Part shown: positions 8,358 through 16,482 of the stretch, piece by piece
Position numbering within the stretch: the first letter of the stretch is position 1
Layout of the letters: every line of letters starts with the position of its first letter
Assembly: GCA_031581485.1 (NCBI GenBank)
Contig: JAVLBA010000003.1
Coordinates: forward strand, 5,673-69,672
Source of the DNA: Desulfurivibrionaceae bacterium
GTDB taxonomy: Bacteria > Desulfobacterota > Desulfobulbia > Desulfobulbales > SURF-16
DNA length: 64,000 nt
Direction: 5' to 3'
The notes under the pieces: model-generated
The model's input: the letters and a program-made list of their open reading frames with translations, nothing else
What the model was told of the DNA's origin: nothing
The model's database searches: none
Position numbers and translations under genes: made by a program

Positions 8358-9221
8358 TCATTGCAAAGAAAGCAGGTACGTTCGCAAGTTTTTTGTTTGG
8401 TCGTCCAAGCCCAGCTTGCGGCGCAGATTCTTACGATGGAAGCTGATGGTGTTCACCGACACCCCCATAACATCGGCGATCTCCTGGCTGCTCTTGCCCT
8501 GGCGCACTAACGAGGCCACGTCAAGCTCTTGCGGAGTGACAAGCAAATGAAGAGATGACAGTTTATTTAAAAAAGGCGAGGCGATATCGTTAAGATTTTT
8601 TTCTATGATATCCACCAATACTTCATCTCGGCCCTTCATTTGAGCCTCTTTCAACTTCTCCACATAGGGCAGCACCAGGTTCTTGATGTTGGCTGCTATG
8701 CGCTGCTCAAGTTCCGCCAGATCACGGTCTCGATGGTCAAGCAAGACTTTTAAAGCAATATTAGCCTCTTCCAATTTGTCACTTTTTCCACGCAATTCTG
8801 CTTCTTTGACGCGAAGATCCTCTTGCGCCAGGAAAAGGGATGTAATGTTTTCATGGACAACGACAACCCAATTTTTGCCTTCACCAAGATGGTAGGGCAG
8901 TATTCTAAGATTAAACCACCGCTTTTTTGTTGGAGTGTGACAGGGATATTGGGCAACAAACTCCAGCAGATCTCCGTTTAATATCTTTTGAATGCCCAGG
9001 GCAACAAGCGCTCCTTCCTCTTCACCGGAATCTCTTGCCAGCTCACAAATATGCAGATAGTTGACACCTATGCAGTCGATTTTGCCTTCGAAACCATTGT
9101 CAGAAGCAAAATTCTGCCAGGCCCTGTTCGTCTCGACAATAATTCCTTGCTCATCAAGAACAGCAACATGGGCTGAGAGAGAGTTGACGATCCCCTGATA
9201 TAAACTATTGTCCACATGCAC
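8358..9221 (-). CDS. PAS-domain / LuxR-family (HTH) transcriptional regulator
   Basis: N-terminal PAS-like region (IVNSLSAHVAVLDEQGIIVETNRAWQNFA...), a central coiled coil, and a C-terminal LuxR-type HTH (LTPQELDVASLVRQGKSSQEIADVMGVSVNTISFHRKNLRRKLGL). Confidence 0.85.
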   Translation of the reverse strand: MHVDNSLYQGIVNSLSAHVAVLDEQGIIVETNRAWQNFASDNGFEGKIDCIGVNYLHICELARDSGEEEGALVALGIQKILNGDLLEFVAQYPCHTPTKKRWFNLRILPYHLGEGKNWVVVVHENITSLFLAQEDLRVKEAELRGKSDKLEEANIALKVLLDHRDRDLAELEQRIAANIKNLVLPYVEKLKEAQMKGRDEVLVDIIEKNLNDIASPFLNKLSSLHLLVTPQELDVASLVRQGKSSQEIADVMGVSVNTISFHRKNLRRKLGLDDQTKNLRTYLLSLQ

Positions 9222-9303
9222 TCCTTTTTGATAGTTTTTACTATTAATTATCTATCAATTTGCCTGTATTGTTTTTGCACCAATCCCTGCTTAAAGTCAA
9301 TAC

Positions 9304-9541
9304 ATAAGGCAATGAAACCTTACAAGATTAACTCAACGAAAAGGTGAACGTCATGGCCGATAAAGCACAAGGTGGATTCGGAAATTTGGTATGGGTTCGG
9401 GATAAAGACGGAAAAGAGTATGCTTGTTCCGTTGAAGCCCTAAAAGGTAATATCAAAACAAAAGAAGAGCTTACTGAGGAGGAAAGAGAAAATTGTACGG
9501 ATGTAAGCACCATCATTGGCACTGAGCGCTGGTAACTTTGT
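9304..9541 (+). repeat. 238-bp direct repeat, copy B
   Basis: See 7819-8056. This copy lies in the divergent promoter region of the PAS-LuxR gene. Confidence 0.95.
9353..9535 (+). CDS. Conserved-looking 60-aa protein, copy 2 (unknown function)
   Basis: Amino-acid sequence identical to 7868-8050, with the same RBS. Transcribed divergently from the PAS-LuxR regulator. Confidence 0.6.
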   Translation: MADKAQGGFGNLVWVRDKDGKEYACSVEALKGNIKTKEELTEEERENCTDVSTIIGTERW

Positions 9542-9543
9542 AA

Positions 9544-9575
9544 GAGTCGCACTCTTTAAGAGAAGAGTGCGACTC
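9544..9575 (+). terminator. Strong hairpin after small ORF copy 2 (no U-tract)
   Basis: Perfect 12-bp stem GAGTCGCACTCT (9544-9555) / AGAGTGCGACTC (9564-9575) with an 8-nt loop. The downstream sequence is not T-rich, so terminator function is uncertain. Confidence 0.4.
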
Positions 9576-9771
9576 CATATTTAAAGAAGAACGACATGAA
9601 ACATTGCAGCTTGGATAATTTTAAAGAGATCCTCCTTTCATGGATTAAGGACAAATATATCCGCAAGTTAAAAGTGGGTCTGCAAGGACCTTTCTGAACA
9701 ACTGATTTCTGTCCAGTGTAATTCTTGAAATAAAATAATGATAACAATGAGTAATACCTAGGAGAACTCGA

Positions 9772-10167
9772 ATGGAACTGAAAGAATATTTCTCAGATAT
9801 AAAAGGCGTTGGTGTATTGGCAACAAGTGATGGAGTAGGCGTAGTTAATGCAGCAATATACTCTCGACCTCATGTTGAGGATAAAGACATTGTCGCATTT
9901 ATCATGCGAGAGCATTTAACCCATAAAAACTTGCAGGAAAACCGGCACGCTAATTATCTCTTCCTTGAGGATGGCCAAGGCTATCAGGGAGTGCGTCTCT
10001 TTATGACCAAAATAGACGAGACTAACGACTCCGATCTCATCCAGGCCATGACTAGGCGGCACCTTACCCCAGAAGAGGACTGCAAGAAGGGGCCTAAACA
10101 TGTAGTACGGTTTCAGGTGGACAAGGTCCTCAAACTTGTTGGTGGCGAAGAAATTCCTCTGGAGTAA
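9772..10167 (+). CDS. Pyridoxamine 5'-phosphate oxidase-like flavin-binding protein
   Basis: 131 aa. GVGVLATSDGVGVVNAAIYSRPHVEDKDIVAFIMREHLTHKNLQENRHANYLF fits the small split-barrel flavoprotein pattern. RBS AGGAGA lies upstream. Confidence 0.6.
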   Translation: MELKEYFSDIKGVGVLATSDGVGVVNAAIYSRPHVEDKDIVAFIMREHLTHKNLQENRHANYLFLEDGQGYQGVRLFMTKIDETNDSDLIQAMTRRHLTPEEDCKKGPKHVVRFQVDKVLKLVGGEEIPLE

Positions 10168-10306
10168 TTGGCGGAATTTCTATATTCGTCACCACAAAAA
10201 AACATAATTTGAGTGTTGGGGCTTTTTTTTATACATTTAAGGAGTTAGGCAATGCCCATATTGTGCCTTGATGCTCTCTGGGCATAAACAAAGGAAGGCG
10301 TCTGTT

Positions 10307-11089
10307 ATGATTCGACTGCTGGCAATGGAACTGATTTTTATGTTTGCCTTTATGAGCCTCTGGTTCGCCATTGCCCTGTGGCGCAAACGAAACGACATTG
10401 CCGACATTGTTTGGGGTCTTGGTTTTATTGTCGCCACTTTGGTAGCTATCGTTATCAACTGGCCCATTTCAGGAAGGGCGTGGCTGGTAAGCGCTCTCGT
10501 TTTAATCTGGGGCGGGAGGCTGGCAATCCGCATCTTTCTTCGTAGCCGGGGCAAGGGGGAAGACAGGCGTTACAAGGAATGGCGAGAAAAATGGGGTAAA
10601 CATTTCCTCATCGGCTCTTTCCTGCAAGTCTTTATGCTCCAGGGTTTACTCATCCTGATCATTGCCAGCCCTGTTCTTCTGGTTATCCATTCAGGTAATA
10701 CTTCTCTCAACCTTTTGGATTTCATTGGCGTCCTGATCTGGCTCATTGGCTTTAGTTTTGAAATGATGGGCGACTACCAGCTTGACCGCTTCACTCAAAA
10801 CCCTGCCAACAAGGGCAAGGTCATGAAATATGGCCTGTGGCGCTACAGCAGACACCCAAATTATTTCGGTGAGGTTCTGCTTTGGTGGGGTTTTTTCACA
10901 ATGGCTCTGTCCGTGGACATGGGTTGGCTGAGCCTGATCGGGCCACTGACCATTACTTTTTTGATCCTCAAGGTCTCCGGCATCCCCCTGGCTGAAAAAA
11001 GATTAAAAAATAAACCAGAATTTCAAGAGTATATGCAAAAAACCAGCGTCTTTATTCCGCTTCCGCCCAAAAAGGAGAATCCGTCATGA
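10307..11089 (+). CDS. DUF1295 / steroid 5-alpha-reductase-like membrane protein
   Basis: Multi-pass membrane protein with the C-terminal signature GLWRYSRHPNYFGEVLLWWGFF. ATG at 10307 follows AAGGAAGG. The ORF-track start at 10268 is also possible. Confidence 0.75.
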   Translation: MIRLLAMELIFMFAFMSLWFAIALWRKRNDIADIVWGLGFIVATLVAIVINWPISGRAWLVSALVLIWGGRLAIRIFLRSRGKGEDRRYKEWREKWGKHFLIGSFLQVFMLQGLLILIIASPVLLVIHSGNTSLNLLDFIGVLIWLIGFSFEMMGDYQLDRFTQNPANKGKVMKYGLWRYSRHPNYFGEVLLWWGFFTMALSVDMGWLSLIGPLTITFLILKVSGIPLAEKRLKNKPEFQEYMQKTSVFIPLPPKKENPS

Positions 11090-11502
11090 TCCATGACCTG
11101 AAAGTCTACCTCTGTCTGATTCCGATCTTCTTTATCATCGATTATATCTGGCTCGGTAAAATCATGAGCGGCTTCTACCTTAAAGAGTTGGGCTCCATGG
11201 CCAGGGTTTCTAAGAGTAATTTTGATCCGGTAATTTGGGCCGCCATTGTCGTCTACCTCCTCATCCCTTTGGGTATCGTTCTCTTTGTCCTGCCCGGACT
11301 GCCCGATCAAAATTTTATGGTGCCGGCACTGATCAAAGGCATGCTCTATGGCCTGGTTTTATATGGGGTCTACGATATGACTAACCATTCCCTGCTCCAG
11401 AGCTGGTCGATAAAGATGTCCCTGGTGGATATGGCCTGGGGCGCTTTTATTAACAGCGTCGCTACCTTGGCCGGCAAACACTTTGATGTCCTGTTAAGAT
11501 AA
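11086..11502 (+). CDS. DUF2177-like small membrane protein
   Basis: 138 aa with four predicted TM segments. N-terminus MIHDLKVYLCLIPIFFIIDYIWLGKIMSGFY. Its 4-nt overlap (ATGA) with the upstream gene suggests coupling. Confidence 0.65.
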   Translation: MIHDLKVYLCLIPIFFIIDYIWLGKIMSGFYLKELGSMARVSKSNFDPVIWAAIVVYLLIPLGIVLFVLPGLPDQNFMVPALIKGMLYGLVLYGVYDMTNHSLLQSWSIKMSLVDMAWGAFINSVATLAGKHFDVLLR

Positions 11503-11512
11503 AGGAGAAAAA

Positions 11513-12757
11513 ATGAGGATTGCCATTATCGGCAGCGGCATATCGGGCTTAACTGCTGCTCACCTTCTTCAGAGGGATTTTGACATCCAGATATTTGAGG
11601 CCAATGATTATATCGGCGGCCATACCCACACCATTCCTGTGCAGACCGAGTCCGGAAGCTACATGGTGGATACCGGCTTTATTGTCTTTAACGAGACGAC
11701 CTATCCAAACTTTTGCAAAATTATTGACGGGCTGGGGGTTAGATCAAAGCCCACAGAAATGACCTTTAGTGTTAAATGTGCTCAGTCTGGCGTTGAGTAT
11801 AACGCCCACTCATTAAATACCCTCTTTTCCCAACGTAAAAACATTTTCTGTCCGGCCCATTACCGGATGATCTACGACATCTTTCGTTTTAGGAGCGAAT
11901 TTGAAAATCTGTTGGATCACAAATACGATCATGAACCGCTGGTTCCTTATCTTAAAAATCGTGGTTATGGTGAACGTTTCATCAACCTTTTCGTGCTGCC
12001 CATTACAGCCTCGCTCTGGTCTGCCGGTTTGGATAAATCAAAAAATTTTCCTCTGGGCACCTTTGTCCGCTTCTTTAAGAACCACGGCTTTCTCGATATC
12101 AAGAATCAATTTCAGTGGCGGGTGATTCAAGGTGGCTCCCAGGCATATGTTCCCAGACTGATAGAGTCCTTTAAGGATAAAATCGAACTGCACTGCCCTG
12201 TCACATCAATAGAGAGAAAAGACGATCAGGTGATGGTCAAACACCAGCAGGGCAGCGATAGTTTTGATCAGGTCATCCTCGCCGTGCATAGCGACCAGGC
12301 CCTTGCCCTGTTGGCAGATCCGTCTGAAGCCGAAAACGAGATCTTGGGCGCCATCGGCTATCAATCCAATGATGTCATTCTTCACACTGACAGCGCTCTC
12401 CTGCCCCGCAAAGAGTCGATCTGGGCCAGCTGGAATTATGCCATTCCCAAAGAGACTCAGGATACGGCATCTCTGAATTATGACATGAATATCCTCCAGG
12501 GCATTTCGGCTCCGGAAGAGTTTGTGGTGTCGTTAAACCAGCGCCAACATATTGATACTGCTCGAATTATTGGCGAGTATCTTTACCAGCATCCGCTCTA
12601 CACGCCTCAGGTACCGGCGGCCCAAAACCGCCACGCAGAAATTAGCGGCGTCAACCGGACCCATTATTGCGGAGCCTACTGGGGGTATGGCTTCCATGAG
12701 GATGGCGTCAAAAGCGGCCTGAAGGTGGCTCAATTCTTCGGCAAGGAATTGGTATGA
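11513..12757 (+). CDS. FAD-dependent oxidoreductase (amine-oxidase / desaturase-like)
   Basis: N-terminal dinucleotide fold MRIAIIGSGISGLTAAHLL...FEANDYIGGHTHT and C-terminal GAYWGYGFHEDG. This is the typical partner of DUF1365 and CFA-synthase-like genes. Confidence 0.8.
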   Translation: MRIAIIGSGISGLTAAHLLQRDFDIQIFEANDYIGGHTHTIPVQTESGSYMVDTGFIVFNETTYPNFCKIIDGLGVRSKPTEMTFSVKCAQSGVEYNAHSLNTLFSQRKNIFCPAHYRMIYDIFRFRSEFENLLDHKYDHEPLVPYLKNRGYGERFINLFVLPITASLWSAGLDKSKNFPLGTFVRFFKNHGFLDIKNQFQWRVIQGGSQAYVPRLIESFKDKIELHCPVTSIERKDDQVMVKHQQGSDSFDQVILAVHSDQALALLADPSEAENEILGAIGYQSNDVILHTDSALLPRKESIWASWNYAIPKETQDTASLNYDMNILQGISAPEEFVVSLNQRQHIDTARIIGEYLYQHPLYTPQVPAAQNRHAEISGVNRTHYCGAYWGYGFHEDGVKSGLKVAQFFGKELV

Positions 12758-13521
12758 ACAGCTGCATATATCAAGGTGAGGTCAGGCATGCCCGCTACCA
12801 ACCGGTGACTAACGGTTTTCACTTCAGGCTGTTTATGATGTATCTCGATCTCTCAGAATTAGACGAAGTCTTTACCAAGAGGTGGCTTTGGTCCACAAAT
12901 CATTGCAATCTGGCCTATCTGCGCCGCAAGGATCATTTTGGCGATCCCGCCATCACCATTGATCAGGCAGTGCGTGATTTGGTGGCAGAAAAAACAGGCA
13001 CCCCCTGTCAAGGCCCTATCCGCATGCTTTGCCACCTGCGCTACTGGGGCTACTGCTTTAACCCGGCCACCCTTTTTTATTGTTATGATCAAAGCGGTAA
13101 AGAGCTTGAAACCATTATCGTCGAAATTCACAATACCCCCTGGGGCGAAGTGTTTTGCTATGTCCTTGACCGGAAAAATGAGCAACGCCAGGACCAGACC
13201 AGAACCTATCGGTTTGATAAAGATTTCCATGTCTCGCCGTTCATGGACATGGATGTTTCCTACACATGGCAGTTTAAGGAACCAGGCGATGACCTCAAGG
13301 TTCTGATGATGGACTTCCACGATGACAAAAAAATCTTTGAGGCCGAACTGATGTTACATCGCCGGGAGATAAACGGTAAAAATCTGGCAGCAATGCTCAC
13401 CAAACATCCCTTGATGACCTTCAAGGTAACTGCAGGCATTTACTGGCAGGCGCTGCGGCTCTGGAAAAAAGGATCACCTTTTTATACTCACCCCGCTAAA
13501 AGCGATGAGGTGGAGGTTTAG
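12754..13521 (+). CDS. DUF1365 family protein
   Basis: MNSCIYQGEVRHARYQPVTNGFHFRLFMMYLDLSELD is the characteristic DUF1365 N-terminus. Overlaps the upstream gene by 4 nt. Confidence 0.75.
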   Translation: MNSCIYQGEVRHARYQPVTNGFHFRLFMMYLDLSELDEVFTKRWLWSTNHCNLAYLRRKDHFGDPAITIDQAVRDLVAEKTGTPCQGPIRMLCHLRYWGYCFNPATLFYCYDQSGKELETIIVEIHNTPWGEVFCYVLDRKNEQRQDQTRTYRFDKDFHVSPFMDMDVSYTWQFKEPGDDLKVLMMDFHDDKKIFEAELMLHRREINGKNLAAMLTKHPLMTFKVTAGIYWQALRLWKKGSPFYTHPAKSDEVEV

Positions 13522-13528
13522 TACAAAC

Positions 13529-14815
13529 ATGAACAAAAAACTGATCTCTAAAGAAACAGCCCTGGTCTTGCCCGCCTCTTCCATCGGCCACAGGCTTTTC
13601 ACCCTTAATCTCTGCCGTCATATTGTTTTACGACGGCTGGCGGCTCTTCAGGACGGTGTTATTGAGATTGAAGATGGTGATGATGTCTTTTTGGTCGGCA
13701 GAAAAGAAAAAAACAATTTGCAGGCCAAGATAGAGGTCAAAAATCCGATGTTTTACAGAGCCATGGTGTTTGGCGGCAGTATCGGTGCCGGAGAATCGTA
13801 CATGCGTGATGAGTGGAGTTGCAGCAATCTCACCGATCTCATTCGGCTCATCGTCTTGAACCAGGATGTCCTGGATACCATTGATGCCGGGCTTGCGAAG
13901 ATTACGGCGCCCATCTACAAGCTTTTCCATGTCCGCCGCAAAAACACCAAGAACGGCAGTAAAAAAAATATCAGCGCCCATTACGATTTGGGCAATAATT
14001 TTTATCGCCTCTTTCTCGACGAATCCCTGGCCTACTCCTGCGGCATTTTCAAAGACGAGCAGGCCTCCCTGCATGAGGCCTCCCTGGAAAAATTTGAACG
14101 GATCTGTAAAAAGCTTGCTCTTTCAGAAGATGACCACCTTCTGGAAATTGGCACGGGCTGGGGAGGTTTTGCCATCTATGCTGCCCAAAATTACGGCTGC
14201 CGGGTAACCACCACCACAATTTCAAAAGAGCAGCACGATCATGCCGAAAAACGCATCAAAGAAGCCGGCTTGTCAGGTCGAATCGACCTCCTCTTTCAAG
14301 ACTATCGTGAGCTTGGCGGAAAATTCGACAAGATAGTCGCCATTGAGATGATCGAGGCGGTGGGGCACCATTTTTACCAGACCTTTTTTAAATGCTGTTG
14401 TGACCTGTTAAAACCGTACGGCACCATGCTTGTTCAGGCTATTACCATTCAGGACCAGGCCTATGAGCAACATAAGAACACAGCTGACTTCATCAGCTGC
14501 TACATCTTTCCAGGCTGCTGTATTCCTTCTATTACTGCCATGATTCAGGCCTCTACCAAGGCATCTGAAATGAAACTCTTTCACCTTGAAGATATCACCC
14601 CCCATTACGCCGCTACCTTGCGAATCTGGCGGCAAAATTTCTTAGACAGGATCGATGAGGTTCGCGATCTGGGATTCAGTGAAAGCTTTATAAAGATGTG
14701 GGAGTTTTATTTATGCTATTGCGAGGCCGGTTTTGCCGAGCGCTACCTCGGCAATGTCCAGATGATCTTCAGCAAGCCGGGATGCCGCCAATCGCCAATT
14801 TTGCCGAATTTGTAA
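13529..14815 (+). CDS. Cyclopropane-fatty-acyl-phospholipid-synthase-family SAM methyltransferase
   Basis: NISAHYDLGNNFYRLFLDESLAYSCGIF, the SAM motif LLEIGTGWGGFAIYAA, and C-terminal MWEFYLCYCEAGF are CFA synthase family hallmarks. The start is ambiguous (ATG at 13505 or 13529). Confidence 0.85.
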   Translation: MNKKLISKETALVLPASSIGHRLFTLNLCRHIVLRRLAALQDGVIEIEDGDDVFLVGRKEKNNLQAKIEVKNPMFYRAMVFGGSIGAGESYMRDEWSCSNLTDLIRLIVLNQDVLDTIDAGLAKITAPIYKLFHVRRKNTKNGSKKNISAHYDLGNNFYRLFLDESLAYSCGIFKDEQASLHEASLEKFERICKKLALSEDDHLLEIGTGWGGFAIYAAQNYGCRVTTTTISKEQHDHAEKRIKEAGLSGRIDLLFQDYRELGGKFDKIVAIEMIEAVGHHFYQTFFKCCCDLLKPYGTMLVQAITIQDQAYEQHKNTADFISCYIFPGCCIPSITAMIQASTKASEMKLFHLEDITPHYAATLRIWRQNFLDRIDEVRDLGFSESFIKMWEFYLCYCEAGFAERYLGNVQMIFSKPGCRQSPILPNL

Positions 14816-14818
14816 CAC

Positions 14819-15349
14819 ATGCTGATTGCCTTTAATTTAATAAGCTTCCAGATCGGCTGGTTTGCCTCTGTCCTCGGCGCAGCCAATGACATGTCCTGGC
14901 TTGGGCCGATGGTGGTGGTCTTATTCTTTGCTGCGCACCTCAAAATAAATGGCCACATGGTGCGGGAAATCAGCCTGGGACTGAAGATCATAATTATCGG
15001 TTTTGTCACCGATACCCTGCTCACCATCTATGGAGTCTACACCCCAAAACCCTTCTTTTTCCCAGCACCGTACAGTCCTCCCTGGCTGATTTTTTTGTGG
15101 CTCAACTTTGCCACCCTGCTTAATGTTTCATTAAAATGGCTCAGCCACCGCTATCTGCTCGCTGTTTTTTTAGGTGGCACAGGAGGTGCTCTGGCTTACT
15201 ACGGAGGTAGTGTATTTGGGGTCATGACTTTCAATCCGCCCCTTGTTGTTAATTTGCTGATTACCGGCCTGGTCTGGGCCGCTCTCACCCCGCTTTTTTT
15301 TATCCTTTCACGCTTTATTGACCAAAAGCTGGCACAACAAACAACCTAA
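14819..15349 (+). CDS. DUF2878-like membrane protein
   Basis: 176-aa polytopic membrane protein starting 4 nt after the CFA-like gene. This is the position DUF2878 usually occupies in such clusters. Confidence 0.6.
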   Translation: MLIAFNLISFQIGWFASVLGAANDMSWLGPMVVVLFFAAHLKINGHMVREISLGLKIIIIGFVTDTLLTIYGVYTPKPFFFPAPYSPPWLIFLWLNFATLLNVSLKWLSHRYLLAVFLGGTGGALAYYGGSVFGVMTFNPPLVVNLLITGLVWAALTPLFFILSRFIDQKLAQQTT

Positions 15350-15375
15350 ACTTTATAAGCTCAGAAAAGGACACC

Positions 15376-15957
15376 ATGAAAAAACAAAGCGTTATCCTCT
15401 ACGGCTTAACCACCTGCGTTTACTGCAAGGCCGCCAAGAAAATGCTAGAGGATCTGAACATTGAATACCGGGCCATAGAGGCAGATCTTCTTGCCGATAA
15501 TGAACGTCAGGAGGTGATTGACGAGCTTAAAAAACTCAATCCGGCTTGCACCTTTCCCACAGTGGTGGTTGGCGATAAGGTCATCACAGGCTACAAGGCC
15601 CAAGAGATCAAAGAAGCTTTGGGGATTAGAACGGAGGTGGATGATCTTTATGAGCGCTTAAAAAAAATCAACGAACCAAAGGGCTATCTTTTCAATGGTG
15701 AAAAGGAAAAGACCTTTGAGCTTTTGCGAAGCCTGCTGATCAACAAGGATAGATACGGCTATATGGCCTGCCCTTGCCGGCTGGCCTGCGGAGATAGGGA
15801 GAAAGATAGGGATATTATCTGCCCCTGTAATTATCGAGAGCCCGACGTCAAAGAGTTTGGCAGCTGCTACTGCGGACTCTATGTTTCAAAGGAATGGTAT
15901 ACAGGCAAGATAGAACGGGTCGTCATCCCGGAAAGAAGATCTGCTGACCTTTATTGA
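15376..15957 (+). CDS. Glutaredoxin-like domain fused to a ferredoxin:thioredoxin reductase catalytic-subunit-like domain
   Basis: N-terminal VILYGLTTCVYCKAAKKMLE (CxxC glutaredoxin fold). C-terminal ACPCRLACGDREKDRDIICPCNYREPDVKEFGSCYCGLY gives a CPC...CPC...CYC array like the FTR [4Fe-4S]/disulfide site. Confidence 0.75.
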   Translation: MKKQSVILYGLTTCVYCKAAKKMLEDLNIEYRAIEADLLADNERQEVIDELKKLNPACTFPTVVVGDKVITGYKAQEIKEALGIRTEVDDLYERLKKINEPKGYLFNGEKEKTFELLRSLLINKDRYGYMACPCRLACGDREKDRDIICPCNYREPDVKEFGSCYCGLYVSKEWYTGKIERVVIPERRSADLY

Positions 15958-16053
15958 CAATAGTTATATCATGCCAATAGGAGATTTTTCCGAAGATGCC
16001 ATGTGCGAGTAATTGAGGTCAGAGTAAAATTAAATTTGTTCATTAACTAAGCG

Positions 16054-16157
16054 GTAGAGGTCATAGAAGGAGGGCAAGCAAGCTTTTGACTTTTGTTGGT
16101 TAATTACGGGAAGGACCTTTTGGGCGGAATGCTGTCCGTTTCCCCAGCAGAATGGGG
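16054..16157. repeat. ~100-bp dispersed repeat, copy 1
   Basis: Aligns by eye at roughly three quarters identity with 27125-27223. Shared core: TTTTGACTTTTRTTGGTTAA...AGGACCTT.TG...GGAATGCTG..CGTTTCC.CAGC..ATGGG. Confidence 0.7.
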
Positions 16158-16193
16158 AGTTATAGTCAAATCTGGTGTTTGAGAAAATTGTTA

Positions 16194-16367
16194 TCAAATG
16201 CCCCCCTGTTCATTTCTGAATGTAGCATAATGGCTGAGGAGTTCCTGGAGTTCAACTTCAACAGCATCTGAAATTAATTGGCGGGCTCCGGTCCACAGCA
16301 ACTCTGTCAGTGGATCTCCACAAATCTTTCCTGGCTTTTTAAGAGCAATGATTTTATTCTCAGTCAT
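16194..16367 (-). pseudogene. IS256-family (Mutator-type) transposase, N-terminal 57-codon fragment
   Basis: MTENKIIALKKPGKICGDPLTELLWTGARQLISDAVEVELQELLSHYATFRNEQGGI* matches the conserved IS256 transposase N-terminus (DPLTELLR.GA..L...A.EAE..EFL) and then stops. Confidence 0.65.
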
Positions 16368-16482
16368 GACGTATCCTGTTGGAATCAAGTTTTGGTGAAC
16401 TATTCCAACAGGATACGTCATTTTTTATCTTGCGGCTCCCTCAAACACCACTTTGGAGCATACCTCGTAGCCGGGTCATACC

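Larger units (their letters stand above)
16011..16421 (-). mobile_element. Decayed IS256-family insertion sequence relic (internally deleted)
   Basis: Contains the transposase N-terminal fragment (16194-16367). Also contains a possible degenerate C-terminal fragment (16054-16157, reading ..GNGQHSAQKVLPVINQQKSK on the minus strand), a repeat-family end at 16011-16035, and a perfect 20-bp hairpin at 16366-16385 / 16402-16421 over the translation start. Confidence 0.5.

Noticed and set aside
9596-9697. 33-aa ORF MKHCSLDNFKEILLSWIKDKYIRKLKVGLQGPF after small ORF copy 2
   Set aside because: It has a weak RBS, no paralogue after copy 1, and is too short to evaluate. It may be a gene remnant, and I am not confident enough to list it as a feature.
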